The notes: generated by a model not told the origin, from the letters alone. A DNA stretch of 50,903 nt from Candidatus Sericytochromatia bacterium (GCA_040400605.1 JBBAPZ010000009.1:15604-66506); one strand, 5' to 3'; numbered from the stretch's first letter, positions 17,538 through 27,551 are shown. Translations and numbers: made by a program.

Positions 17538-19270
17538 GCGTGCGTCATCCATTGTTTCAGCAACGTGCACTGCGCAGGGGTTTCACTGCGATCATGCTGA
17601 TGCTTGCCGCGGCTTGCCAGACGCCTTTCGGCGCGTCAGACAGTGGTCGGATCCTCGTCCATGTGCGATGGCCAGGCGCCACAGCACGTTTTCGGTTGCA
17701 GCTCATTCCGGCGGACACCACCCGAATCGAGCTGGTGGTGCGGGGAGCAGGCATTCCGGATGATGCCCCGATTCGTGCCCGTTTGATGCCCAAAGGCAGC
17801 ACGGCGGAAACTGCCTTGCTGGATGTTCCGATTGGTCCAAAACTTTTGTTTGCCTCGGCTTACAATGACGCCGAGCAGTTGGTGGCATCCGGCCAGGTGT
17901 CACTTCAGGTCTCCCCGCACGCCTGGACCGAAGCGCGCTTGGTGTTGCAACCAACGCGAGGCAATCCTTCACCGGAGGCGTCAATGGATCCGCAACCGAG
18001 CCTGCTGCCAACCCCTGTGGCGAGCGTTGGTCCGGCAACCGAGTCAAACTGGTTGATCGACACGGTGGCAGGCGATGGTTTGCGGGGGGCAATTGACGCC
18101 AACGATGCGCTAGCCGCGCGCTTTTACAACCCGCGCAACCTGGCCTACGATGTCAGTCGTCAGGTGCTGTACATTGCAGATACGGCAAACTACCTGATCC
18201 GACGTTTGGATCTGGCAAATGGTGCCGTGAGCACCATTGCGGGTCGGGTACCGCGGCTTGGACCGGGCGGGGTGCCCCAATTGAATGAAAACGAATTCGG
18301 CCAACCGGCTGGCATGGCTGTGGGGCCGGATGGCAGCGTGTATTTCGCGGATCGCGAACGGCACGCCATTCGCCGCCTCAAACCCAACGGTGTTCTTGAA
18401 ACCTTCGCGGGTCGCGGCTTGAGCGGTTATCAAGATGGTCCTGCCGCGCAAGCATTGTTTCACCATCCTGTGGATGTGGTGCTGGATGCACAAGGTGCCC
18501 TATATGTCGCGGATCAATTCAACCACCGCGTGCGACGCATTCGTGACGGACAAGTTGACACCCTCGCGGGTTCGGGGCCTTCCGGCATCGCCCTGCAGGC
18601 AGGCGCCACACCGGGAGCGCCTTCTTTAAACCGTCCCGGCGCCTTGCTGTTGGCCCCCAATGGCCAATACCTCGTCGTAGCCGAACCAGGGGCACACCGA
18701 GTGAGCCGCATCGATGTTGGCAACGGCATCATCACACCGCTGGCAGGGACCGGGCAGGCCAACTTGAGCGGTGAAGGCGGACCCGCTTTAAATGCGGGCA
18801 TTCCCTTGCCAGTGGCATTGACCTGGCTGCCTGACGGCGCGTTGCTCATCGCGGATGGTTGGGCCTTCCCCATGCCAGGCGACAGCTTGTTGGGTGCCGC
18901 CAGCCGTCTGCTCAAACTGACGCCAGATGGCCTGCTTGTCCGCATCGCTGGCCAAGGGCCCGGGCAATCGGCTTACGGATTTGGTGGAGACGGCCGCCCC
19001 GCAACCGAAGCGTTGCTCAATAACCCCGGCGGTCTCACCGCGGATGCCCAAGGGCGCATATACGTGGCAGACACCTACAACAACCGCATTCGGGTGTTGA
19101 TTCCCACCCGCCCAACCCTGACCCCAAGTGTCGCCCCATCATCCGTAGAGCCGGCGCCCGCCCAGACGCCGAATTCCAGCACGATGACACCGTCTCCTGT
19201 GGCCAGAACGCCTGGTCGGGATGCAGCCTCAGACGCACCTGGCGTGAGGCCTGCACTCGACACCGATTAA
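17534..19270 (+). CDS. NHL-repeat beta-propeller lipoprotein
   Basis: Lipobox AAAC. Repeated LYIADTANYLIRR, VYFADRERHAIRR, LYVADQFNHRVRR and IYVADTYNNRIR. ATGA overlap with the FecR gene. Confidence 0.88.
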   Translation: MSVRHPLFQQRALRRGFTAIMLMLAAACQTPFGASDSGRILVHVRWPGATARFRLQLIPADTTRIELVVRGAGIPDDAPIRARLMPKGSTAETALLDVPIGPKLLFASAYNDAEQLVASGQVSLQVSPHAWTEARLVLQPTRGNPSPEASMDPQPSLLPTPVASVGPATESNWLIDTVAGDGLRGAIDANDALAARFYNPRNLAYDVSRQVLYIADTANYLIRRLDLANGAVSTIAGRVPRLGPGGVPQLNENEFGQPAGMAVGPDGSVYFADRERHAIRRLKPNGVLETFAGRGLSGYQDGPAAQALFHHPVDVVLDAQGALYVADQFNHRVRRIRDGQVDTLAGSGPSGIALQAGATPGAPSLNRPGALLLAPNGQYLVVAEPGAHRVSRIDVGNGIITPLAGTGQANLSGEGGPALNAGIPLPVALTWLPDGALLIADGWAFPMPGDSLLGAASRLLKLTPDGLLVRIAGQGPGQSAYGFGGDGRPATEALLNNPGGLTADAQGRIYVADTYNNRIRVLIPTRPTLTPSVAPSSVEPAPAQTPNSSTMTPSPVARTPGRDAASDAPGVRPALDTD

Positions 19271-19361
19271 CAGCCATTGGTGTCTTGTAGGACAACCGTT
19301 CTGTTTGACCCGTCATGGCGATTATGCTACATCATGACAGCAGCGTGAAAAAGATAGGGGT

Positions 19362-19610
19362 ATGACTGTGGGTTCTGGCTTGATCGTCACGGCGTTAAAA
19401 ATTTTTCAGGTGGTCTTCAGTCTGTTTCTGATCGGCGGGGTCATGATGCACTCGGCGAAGGGGGAAGGGTTGGGAGCGATTGGTGGTCAAGCCAAGATTT
19501 TCGGCAGTCAAAAAGGGGTTGAAGCGGGGCTGAACAAGCTGACGACGGCTTTGGCCATCTTGTGGGGTTTGTGTTCGTTGGCGTTGGCTTATTTGACCTA
19601 CCATCGCTAG
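19362..19610 (+). CDS. secG: Preprotein translocase subunit SecG
   Basis: Two TM helices flank VMMHSAKGEGLGAIGGQAKIFGSQKGVEAGLNKLT, a cyanobacterial-type SecG signature. Confidence 0.92.
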   Translation: MTVGSGLIVTALKIFQVVFSLFLIGGVMMHSAKGEGLGAIGGQAKIFGSQKGVEAGLNKLTTALAILWGLCSLALAYLTYHR

Positions 19611-19658
19611 TGTTCATTTGATCGCCGCGCGCCTGACAACGAGGGGATCCCACGCACG

Positions 19659-21539
19659 ATGAACAGATTACAGTCCCTGCAACGCTGGCCGCGCTCACTG
19701 GTTTGGCTTCTGTCGCTGAGTCTGGTTCTTCCGGCGTGCATTGAGCCACCCGAAGCGGAGTCGAAGCGAGAGTCGACAGTGGTTGCTACACCAACAGCGA
19801 CGCCGCCTGAAGTGGATCGGGGTCCTGCTGCGGATGCGCCGCGCTTGCGTGCGGATTTAGTGGATCCGCGCATCGAGGATGCGCCCACCGGTCGCTACGG
19901 GGGCAGTTTGACTTTCGGCGCCTACGAGGATCCCAAGACTTTCAACCCGACCTTGGTGACCGATACGGTATCCGCACGCTTTGTTACTTATTTTTTTGAG
20001 TCGCTGATCGAAGAAGATGGCATCACCTTTGCAGTTAAGCCGACGTTGGCCCGTTCATTTGAAGTGCTGCCGGATGGCAAGTCGTACCTCTTCAAGTTGC
20101 GCCGGGGCTTGCGTTGGCAAGACGGTCAGCCCCTCACGGCCGATGATGTGGTTTTTACCTTCAATCAGGTGTTGCCCAATCCGGACATACCGTGGGAGTT
20201 GCGGGATGTTTCCAAAATTGACGGCAAATTGCCCGTGGCTGTCAAACTGGCATCCGATGCGGTGCGCATTGAGCTCGCCAAGCCCTTTGCGCCGTTCTTG
20301 CGCTCGGTGGCGGCTTCGACGCCCATCTTGCCGCGGCACATTTTTGCGCCTTGGTTGGCCAAGGGTGCGGATGGCAAACCCATTGCCAACAGCAAGTGGG
20401 GCGTGGATAAACAGGCCAAGGAAATCGTGGGATCGGGACCTTGGCAACTTGAACAGTACGTGCCTGGCGAGCGCATCGTGCTCAAGCGCAACCCGCTTTA
20501 TTACCGGGTGAACCGTCACAAGCAGCCGTTACCGTATGCGGATCGCATGGTGGTCCCTTTCCTGAAAAGTCTGGAAACGGCCATGCTGAAGTTCAAGGCA
20601 GGCGAAACCGACGCGCAGTGGATTCCGGGCAAAGACTACGGTTACATGAAGCCCTTTGAGAAAGATGGCAATTTCACCATTCATAATCTTGGGCCGGACT
20701 TTCGAACGACCTATTTGATGTTTAATCTGAACCCGGGACGAGGCAAGGACGGCAAGCCTTTGGTTGATCCGGTCAAGTTGCGTTGGTTTGCGGATCGGCG
20801 CTTCCGACAGGCGGTATCCCATGCGATTGACCGCAAGGCGATCATCAAAAACGTGTTTCGGGGTTTGGCAACGATGCAGGATTCTCCGATCTTTCAGAAG
20901 AGTCCGTATTTTGATCCCAAAATCGCGACTTACCCCTTTGATCGCAACAAAGCGTTGGCTTTGCTCAAAGAAGCTGGCTTTCGTTTCAATGGCAGCGTTT
21001 TGACTGACGCGGAGAGTCATCCAGTCAGTTTCACGATGTTGCAGGATGTGGGTTTCAAAGACGGCGAACTGCGGGCAAACATGATTGCGGATGATTTGCG
21101 CAAGATTGGCATCGAGGTTAAGTTCCAGTCGGTGACTTTCAATGTCAAGTTGGCGCGGACGCATGAATCCAAAGATTGGGAATGTGTCGGTGGCGACTGG
21201 ACCGCAGGCATTGAACCTCACGGTGTTGCCAACCTTTGGCAAAGCAGCGGGCAGTCGCATCTGTTCAATTTGAACCCTGGTCCTTTGAGTCGTCCTGTGT
21301 ACGACTGGGAACGGCGCATCGATGACTTGTTCCAAAGGGGCGCTGCGACGGTGGATGAAAAAAAACGCAAGACCATATACAACGAGTTTCAGCAGATTGT
21401 CGCCAATGAGCAGTTGCTGATTTTCCTGCCGGTGTTTTATTACGTGTCAGCCATTCGCAATACGGTTGGCAATGCTCGGCCGTCGGCCTTTTCGTCGTTG
21501 GGGGCGAGTTGGAATTCGTGGGAACTGTACAAGCGCTAG
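19659..21539 (+). CDS. ABC transporter substrate-binding lipoprotein, family 5 (Opp/Dpp)
   Basis: Lipobox LPAC. DPKTFNP, LRRGLRWQDGQPLTADDVVFTF, VGSGPW and FRQAVSHAIDR motifs. Confidence 0.93.
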   Translation: MNRLQSLQRWPRSLVWLLSLSLVLPACIEPPEAESKRESTVVATPTATPPEVDRGPAADAPRLRADLVDPRIEDAPTGRYGGSLTFGAYEDPKTFNPTLVTDTVSARFVTYFFESLIEEDGITFAVKPTLARSFEVLPDGKSYLFKLRRGLRWQDGQPLTADDVVFTFNQVLPNPDIPWELRDVSKIDGKLPVAVKLASDAVRIELAKPFAPFLRSVAASTPILPRHIFAPWLAKGADGKPIANSKWGVDKQAKEIVGSGPWQLEQYVPGERIVLKRNPLYYRVNRHKQPLPYADRMVVPFLKSLETAMLKFKAGETDAQWIPGKDYGYMKPFEKDGNFTIHNLGPDFRTTYLMFNLNPGRGKDGKPLVDPVKLRWFADRRFRQAVSHAIDRKAIIKNVFRGLATMQDSPIFQKSPYFDPKIATYPFDRNKALALLKEAGFRFNGSVLTDAESHPVSFTMLQDVGFKDGELRANMIADDLRKIGIEVKFQSVTFNVKLARTHESKDWECVGGDWTAGIEPHGVANLWQSSGQSHLFNLNPGPLSRPVYDWERRIDDLFQRGAATVDEKKRKTIYNEFQQIVANEQLLIFLPVFYYVSAIRNTVGNARPSAFSSLGASWNSWELYKR

Positions 21540-21572
21540 GCCCTTTGGTTTGCTTCTCGCAAGGAGTCTGAA

Positions 21573-22541
21573 TTGTTACGGTATCTGTTGAAGCGTGTGT
21601 TGCAAATGGTGCCTTTGCTCATCATCATTTCGATGATCACGTTTGGTGTATCGAAGCTGGCGCCAGGCGATTTTTTAAGCGCGCGGATGGCGGATCCCTC
21701 AATGACCAAAGAGCGCATTGAAGCTGAGCGGCATCGACTGGGTTTGGATAAGCCGGTGCCGGTGCAGTATGTGTATTGGGCAGGGAATTTTGCGCTGGGG
21801 GACATGGGGGAATCCTATCGTTACCGGGCGCCTGTGAGCAGTCTGATCGGGCAGCGCCTGCAAGCGACCTTGGTGCTGGGGTTTGCGTCGCTGTTACTGA
21901 CATGGTTGGTCGCGGTACCATTGGGGATTTATGCGGCGGTGCGGCGGTATACATTGGCGGACAAGGTGTTTTCAACCTTGACCTTTACGGCACTTGGCAT
22001 TCCGGAGTTTTTCTTGGCGTTGCTATTGCTCTTTTTTGCGGCGAAGACCGGTTGGTTGCCGATTGGGGGCATGAGCAGTCCTGGGTTGACGGATGCGTCG
22101 TTGTGGGTGCGCACGGTTGATCTTGTACGCCATCTGGTCATCCCGACGATCGCAGTGAGCATTGGCACGATTGCTGTGTTGCAACGGCGCATGCGGGGCA
22201 ACTTGCTGGACGTCTTGGCTGAGGATTATATCCGGATGGCGCGGGCCAAGGGGTTGAGTGAGAACCGGGTGATTTACAAGCATGCGGTGCGGAATGCGTT
22301 GAATCCGATGATCACCATTTTAGGGTATGACATTGCGGGCTTGCTGTCAGGCTTTGCGTTGGTTGAGATTATCGTGGGTTGGCCAGGGCTGGGGCAGATG
22401 ATGTTGGAGGCTTTGCAGTCGTTTGATATGCCGTTGGCGATGGCCGGGATGATGATTGGTGCGTCGATGCTGTTGATTGGCAATTTATTGGCGGACTGGT
22501 TGCTGGGCGTGGTGGATCCACGCATCAAGCTGGAGGCGTGA
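21573..22541 (+). CDS. ABC transporter permease (OppB/DppB-like)
   Basis: YLLKRVLQMVP, LGLDKP, the EAA loop EDYIRMARAKGL, and DPRI. Confidence 0.93.
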   Translation: MLRYLLKRVLQMVPLLIIISMITFGVSKLAPGDFLSARMADPSMTKERIEAERHRLGLDKPVPVQYVYWAGNFALGDMGESYRYRAPVSSLIGQRLQATLVLGFASLLLTWLVAVPLGIYAAVRRYTLADKVFSTLTFTALGIPEFFLALLLLFFAAKTGWLPIGGMSSPGLTDASLWVRTVDLVRHLVIPTIAVSIGTIAVLQRRMRGNLLDVLAEDYIRMARAKGLSENRVIYKHAVRNALNPMITILGYDIAGLLSGFALVEIIVGWPGLGQMMLEALQSFDMPLAMAGMMIGASMLLIGNLLADWLLGVVDPRIKLEA

Positions 22542-22545
22542 GCGC

Positions 22546-23670
22546 ATGACACCCGAAGCGGAAGCTCAATTGCCCGTGAACGTGACGGTTGGCGAGGAAT
22601 TGCCACCGCCTGTCAGTACGCGCCAACGCATTATCCGGCGTTTTTTCAGGCATCGGCTGGCGGTGTGGAGTTTAGGCGTTTTGGTTGTTTTGTATCTGAT
22701 CATGGCGTTTGCGGAATTTTTCGCGCCGTACAGCGAGACGATTGAGAATCGGTCCCGGTCGTTTATGCCTCCCACGCCTGTCTATCTCGATGCGCAGGGA
22801 CTTTATGTGCGGCGGAATGAGGTGGAGATCGATCCCATCAGCCTTCAAGAGTACGTCGTGGTGGACCGCGCTCAAAAATACCGGGTCAAGTTTTTTGCCC
22901 CTGGCGAACCTGTCAAACTCTTTGGCCTCATTCCGATTGAGCGACACTTTTTCGGTGTCGATGAACCGGCCGGAATTTATCTGTTTGGAACCGACCAAGC
23001 CGGCCGCGACATCTTTTCCCGAACCATTTACGGCGCGCGCATCAGCCTCAGCGTCGGAGTCGTGGCCATCTTTATCGTCTTGCCTCTGGGCATGTTGATT
23101 GGTGGCCTGTCCGGGTATCTGGGAGGCTGGGTGGACAATTTGCTCATGCGCATCGTGGAAGCCCTGATGGCCTTTCCAACCTTTTACTTGCTGCTCTTTT
23201 TGTTTGGTGTAACCTACAAGTGGGATATCTCGCCAACCCAGCGCTATTACGTGATTGTGCTCATTCTCAGTTTGATTGGTTGGACCAGTTTGTCGCGCGT
23301 GATCCGGGGTCAGGTATTATCCATCAAACGAATGGAGTTTATCGAAGCGTCGCTGGCAGCGGGGGCGTCAACGCTATGGGTACTCACGCGTCACATTTTG
23401 CCCCAGACCGCCACATGGGTCACGATTTCGGCGTCATTGATGGTGCCAAATTTCATTTTGGGTGAGTCAGCCCTTTCGATGCTTGGGCTTGGTGTGCAGC
23501 AACCTGCCGCTAGCTGGGGCAACCTCTTGCAAGATTCCATGAGCATTTCGGGGTTGGCCCTGCATCCGTGGTTGATGATTCCAGGCATCTTTATTGTGAT
23601 CACGGTGGTGGCGTTCAATTTCTTTGGCGACGGGATCCGAGATGCCTTTGATGCCAAGAGCCGGTTGTAG
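22546..23670 (+). CDS. ABC transporter permease (OppC/DppC-like)
   Basis: FGTDQAGRDIFSRTIYGARISL, EFIEASLAAGA, ESALSMLGLG and FFGDGIRDAFD. Confidence 0.93.
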   Translation: MTPEAEAQLPVNVTVGEELPPPVSTRQRIIRRFFRHRLAVWSLGVLVVLYLIMAFAEFFAPYSETIENRSRSFMPPTPVYLDAQGLYVRRNEVEIDPISLQEYVVVDRAQKYRVKFFAPGEPVKLFGLIPIERHFFGVDEPAGIYLFGTDQAGRDIFSRTIYGARISLSVGVVAIFIVLPLGMLIGGLSGYLGGWVDNLLMRIVEALMAFPTFYLLLFLFGVTYKWDISPTQRYYVIVLILSLIGWTSLSRVIRGQVLSIKRMEFIEASLAAGASTLWVLTRHILPQTATWVTISASLMVPNFILGESALSMLGLGVQQPAASWGNLLQDSMSISGLALHPWLMIPGIFIVITVVAFNFFGDGIRDAFDAKSRL

Positions 23671-23720
23671 GTTGCCTGCGAGATGCGCCAAAATCGTCTG
23701 ACGGCCGCTTTGACGAACCG

Positions 23721-23853
23721 GTGCTTGCAAACTGGGCGGCATAGAAAAGTGTCGATTGTTGATCAAATTTTCGGCGTGAATTAAATACAGCAAGTCAGAG
23801 CCTGATGTTTTGAGTTCAACAATTAAGCCTCGAACAGAATCATTGCGTCACTG
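23721..23853 (+). repeat. Copy of the intergenic repeat unit
   Basis: TGATCAAATTTT...TAAATACAGC-N14-TGTTTTGA-N18-GAACA-N10-GTCACTG. Confidence 0.85.
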
Positions 23854-23884
23854 TATGACCTGTTTTTAAGGTCATACGTTTTTT
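23853..23884 (+). terminator. Intrinsic terminator between the ABC operon and fliI
   Basis: GTATGACC-N9-GGTCATAC followed by GTTTTTT. Confidence 0.65.
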
Positions 23885-23952
23885 ACTGCCACGTCAATCG
23901 ATTGACTTTCAGCGCGTGATGCAGCGCATCGTTGCGTGTCCGATGGGCGGCA

Positions 23953-25296
23953 TCAGAAGGCGCTGCCGCCGTCGACACCGGCGAGCATGCGCAAAATGGC
24001 AAGGGTTTGTTCGAAGCTGGTGGGGTCGTCGATGGACTGGTGGCAAAACTCCTTGATTTGGGGATACAGGGCGATCGCATTGTCGAACTCTGCGTTGGAT
24101 CCCCGCACATAGGCACCGATCATCAACATGTCTTGCACTTCACGGTAATTGGCAATCATGGTGCGCACCTTGGCTGCGGCGGCTTTATGGTCTTTGCGCG
24201 CGAGTGCGGGCATCAAGCGGCTGACACTCGGCAAAATATCCACGGCTGGATAGATGCCTTGCTGGGCAGCGATTTTGCGGTCCATGACGATGTGCCCGTC
24301 GAGTACACCCCGCACGGCATCCGCAATCGGATCTTCCATGTCACCCCCTTCGACCAAAACGGTATAGATTGCGGTGATAGAACCCCGATCAGACATACCG
24401 GCGCGTTCCAAGAGGCGGGGGAGGGTGGCAAAAACCGAGGGAGTGTAGCCTTTGGTCGAAGGGGGTTCACCGATGGCGAGTCCGACTTCACGCTGGGCCA
24501 TGGCGAAGCGTGTCACAGAGTCCATCATGAGGAAGACTTTTTTGCCTTGGTCGCGGAAGTATTCGGCAATCGCTGACGCGGTCATCGGCGCTTTCATGCG
24601 CAAAAGCGACGACATATCCGATGTGGCGCACACCACCACAGAACGGGCCATGCCCTCCTCGCCCATCGAATCCTCGATGAACTCATTGACCTCGCGGCCT
24701 CGTTCACCCACGAGACACAGCACGTTGATATCCGCTTTCGCATTGCGGGCGATCATGCCAAGCAAGGTCGATTTCCCAACACCCGAACCGGCAAAAAGAC
24801 CGAGGCGTTGCCCTTCCCCAAAGGTCAAGAAGCCATCGATTACGCGCACCCCCACCGGCATGATGTTGGTGATGCGGGCGCGTCGAATGGGGTTGGGCGG
24901 CGCGTTGTCGAGCGGATACTCGGCTTCCGCAATCACGGGTCCTTTGCCATCCATGGCGTTGCCGATGCCATCGACGACGCGCCCGAGCAGTCGTGGCCCA
25001 ACTTTGACAGAAACCAGGCGATTGGTTGCCACGACCTCGCACCCGGCACCGATGCCTTGAATGTCGCTGAGTGGCATCAGCAAGACGCGGCGTGCCTTGA
25101 AGCCGACCACTTCCGCGGGGTAGGTCCGTTGTTTGTCCTGCGATTTGATGTAGCACAGTTCACCGATGCGCACACCCTGCAAAAGCGCTTCGATCACCAA
25201 GCCGATCAACTGGACAACCTGGCCTTTGGCCCGAATGGTCTCGACGCCACGCAGGGCAAACTGATAATTGTCGTAATCAAAGCGCACGCGAGCCAT
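23953..25296 (-). CDS. fliI: Flagellar/T3SS export ATPase FliI/YscN
   Basis: GLFAGSGVGKST (Walker A), LVGERGREV, MDSVTRFAMAQRE, GEPP..KGY, VLVEGGDMEDPIADAVRGVLDGHI and SVSR. Confidence 0.93.
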   Translation of the reverse strand: MARVRFDYDNYQFALRGVETIRAKGQVVQLIGLVIEALLQGVRIGELCYIKSQDKQRTYPAEVVGFKARRVLLMPLSDIQGIGAGCEVVATNRLVSVKVGPRLLGRVVDGIGNAMDGKGPVIAEAEYPLDNAPPNPIRRARITNIMPVGVRVIDGFLTFGEGQRLGLFAGSGVGKSTLLGMIARNAKADINVLCLVGERGREVNEFIEDSMGEEGMARSVVVCATSDMSSLLRMKAPMTASAIAEYFRDQGKKVFLMMDSVTRFAMAQREVGLAIGEPPSTKGYTPSVFATLPRLLERAGMSDRGSITAIYTVLVEGGDMEDPIADAVRGVLDGHIVMDRKIAAQQGIYPAVDILPSVSRLMPALARKDHKAAAAKVRTMIANYREVQDMLMIGAYVRGSNAEFDNAIALYPQIKEFCHQSIDDPTSFEQTLAILRMLAGVDGGSAF

Positions 25297-26582
25297 CAGT
25301 TATCTTCCATATCATCAAGGTTCGAGTCCTCGTATTCGGCGCGCACCTGCCTGAATAATTCGTCGATGATGCCAATTTGCGCATCGATCGTGGCATTGAT
25401 GCCGCCTGAATTCGTCTCGATGATGCAGCCCCCCCGAGCGATGGTGTGACTGCCTTCGATTGAGAAATTCTGAACATCCGGCATCAAGGCGCGAAAAGCG
25501 TCTTGTTTGGGAAGAATGAGATCCAAATCCAAGGGGTTCACTTTGATCACCACCTGTTCGAGATCCGAAACGCGTTTTAGGGCCGTTTCAACCGTGCGTT
25601 GAACGATTTCGGGTTGGAGACTGATTTCTTGTTGGATGACTTTGCTTGCGATCGTGAGGGCGAGTTTGATCAGTTTTTCTTCGTTCTGTTTGACTGCAGT
25701 CGGGAAAGCAATCGCAATCTCATTCAGTTTTTGCAGCGCTTCCGATACATACACGGCAGCTTGCGCTTCACCAGCAGCTTTGCCTTCATTGTAGCCCTCC
25801 TGATACGCCTGTTTACGCAATTCCGCGATGATGGCCTCGCGTTGCTTTTCCAGTTCCAGCATCGTTTGCGCTTGCGCTTCCTCAGCTTGCGCCATGGATT
25901 CGGCGGAGCGTGTCATGGCCTCCATGATCAAACGTTCCGCCTCAAGACGCGCCTGGGCCAAAATGCCTTCACGTTCCAGCATCAATGCGGCAAACGCTTC
26001 TTGCGGCGTGCTTTGCGCCACGTGAAGGGCGCGCTCATAAGCATTTTGAACCAGATTGTCTTCGGTGGCTTTCAGATGGGTCCAGCGAATTTCATTGACG
26101 CTGCCCAACATCTCAAGATCCAACTGAATGGCGACTTGGCGCTGCACGTAGGGCGCCACGCGCGCAAAATCGCCGGAGGGGTTCGCAGCAGCTAAAGCTT
26201 CACCAGCTTGGTCAAGCGCCTCTTGCATTAACCGGGGAGCGTGTTGTTGAATCGCTTCACCTTGGGCATTGGCGTGGGCATCGGCTTCATCCGCTTCGGC
26301 GTGGATGAAGGCCTTTTGCGCCTGTTCATAATCCCTGACCGGGTCAACGGGCGCTGGTGTGGGAGTTACTGGAGTGGGTACATCAAAGAGCTCATCAACA
26401 TCGTCCAGGTCGATGTCTGGCATCTCCTCCATGTGCAGTGGCACTGCCTCACTGAGCGGCTCAGCGGCTGGAACCAATTGATTCAACTCAAATAAAGCCT
26501 GCTCCTCAGGTCTGATGATCTCAGCCCCGATGACGGCTTCTTGTTCGGTAAAACGAATCTGTGAGCCTTTTAATACACCCAT
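25296..26582 (-). CDS. fliH: FliH/SctL export stator protein with a long N-terminal extension
   Basis: AYQEGYNEGKAAG (GxxxG repeats), LALTIASKVI, IKVNPLD and GGCIIETNSGGINATI. TGATG coupling to fliI. The ATG at 26582 avoids overlap with the pilin gene. Confidence 0.85.
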   Translation of the reverse strand: MGVLKGSQIRFTEQEAVIGAEIIRPEEQALFELNQLVPAAEPLSEAVPLHMEEMPDIDLDDVDELFDVPTPVTPTPAPVDPVRDYEQAQKAFIHAEADEADAHANAQGEAIQQHAPRLMQEALDQAGEALAAANPSGDFARVAPYVQRQVAIQLDLEMLGSVNEIRWTHLKATEDNLVQNAYERALHVAQSTPQEAFAALMLEREGILAQARLEAERLIMEAMTRSAESMAQAEEAQAQTMLELEKQREAIIAELRKQAYQEGYNEGKAAGEAQAAVYVSEALQKLNEIAIAFPTAVKQNEEKLIKLALTIASKVIQQEISLQPEIVQRTVETALKRVSDLEQVVIKVNPLDLDLILPKQDAFRALMPDVQNFSIEGSHTIARGGCIIETNSGGINATIDAQIGIIDELFRQVRAEYEDSNLDDMEDN

Positions 26583-26745
26583 AAATCCTGCCAGTCTCAA
26601 CGGCGCAGACGCCTCAAACACCAAGTGTACACCCAAAGTGGCATCGGGCCCAAACCTTTTTATGCTGCTGCGTGGGAATGGTTCAATCTGCAAAAATTGG
26701 GAATAGCATGAGTGGTGAGCCAAGCGGCGAGTGAGGGGTATCGTG

Positions 26746-27342
26746 ATGGTGCTGACAAAAACAAACAAACGGAGTGGCTTCACTTTGATCGAATCGTTGG
26801 TTGTCGTGATCATGGTGGGGATCGTGATGGCTGTTGGCATCGGCAACATTCAAAAGGCGCGTGAACGCAGTGACAACACGCGCTTGGAAGCTGTGACCGA
26901 TATGGTCCGCGTCGCACTGGAACACTATCGTGGCGACTTTGAAACCTACCCCCAAGCGCTCATACCTCCCGCAAGCAGTGTGGATGCCAATGGTTTCTTG
27001 ATTGACAACACAGCCAATCCCCGAATGGTCAGATACATACCTGGCACGACATTGCCCATCAATCCGTGGAGTACTTTTCCACAAGCGAATTCTCTGGGCA
27101 TTGATGGTGTCGCAGTCACAACCGCACAGCAGGCCTTGACCGGCGCCGCCGGCGTCAAGGCCAGCCTTGGGGAGGCAGTGGCGACGGTGGGTACTGCCGC
27201 GACGAGTACAACCTATCAGGAAACCAATTTTGGTGCGATCCTGTATGATCAGCAGGAGCGCGTGTGTTTTGCGCTGTATGGCGTGGGGCGAAATGGGGGG
27301 GTGCCGACTATCGTGGCAGCGGAGACTAACGGGAGGCAATAG
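26746..27342 (+). CDS. Type IV pilin / pseudopilin-like protein
   Basis: Class III signal KRSG|FTLIE plus a hydrophobic helix. VRVALEHY...YP and LPINPW resemble GspG-like globular domains. Confidence 0.88.
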   Translation: MVLTKTNKRSGFTLIESLVVVIMVGIVMAVGIGNIQKARERSDNTRLEAVTDMVRVALEHYRGDFETYPQALIPPASSVDANGFLIDNTANPRMVRYIPGTTLPINPWSTFPQANSLGIDGVAVTTAQQALTGAAGVKASLGEAVATVGTAATSTTYQETNFGAILYDQQERVCFALYGVGRNGGVPTIVAAETNGRQ

Positions 27343-27551
27343 TGAGCCGCAACGGAATCCAGTCGTCAGGGTGACTGACTGGCCATTGGTGGTTTCTCAA
27401 CGGTGTCCACTGATTATCGCGAACCTTTTGACCCGACCGACGAGGCCGAACATTGTACCTGACAATGACGGATCAAAATTCACCGTTAGGCAAGCCGGCC
27501 GTGCGGGTAAACTTACTGAGTGTGTCATTCTGAAAGGGAACCTGACTTTTC

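Noticed and set aside
26583..26849. Longer 517-aa FliH start
   Set aside because: It would overlap the well-supported pilin gene on the opposite strand.
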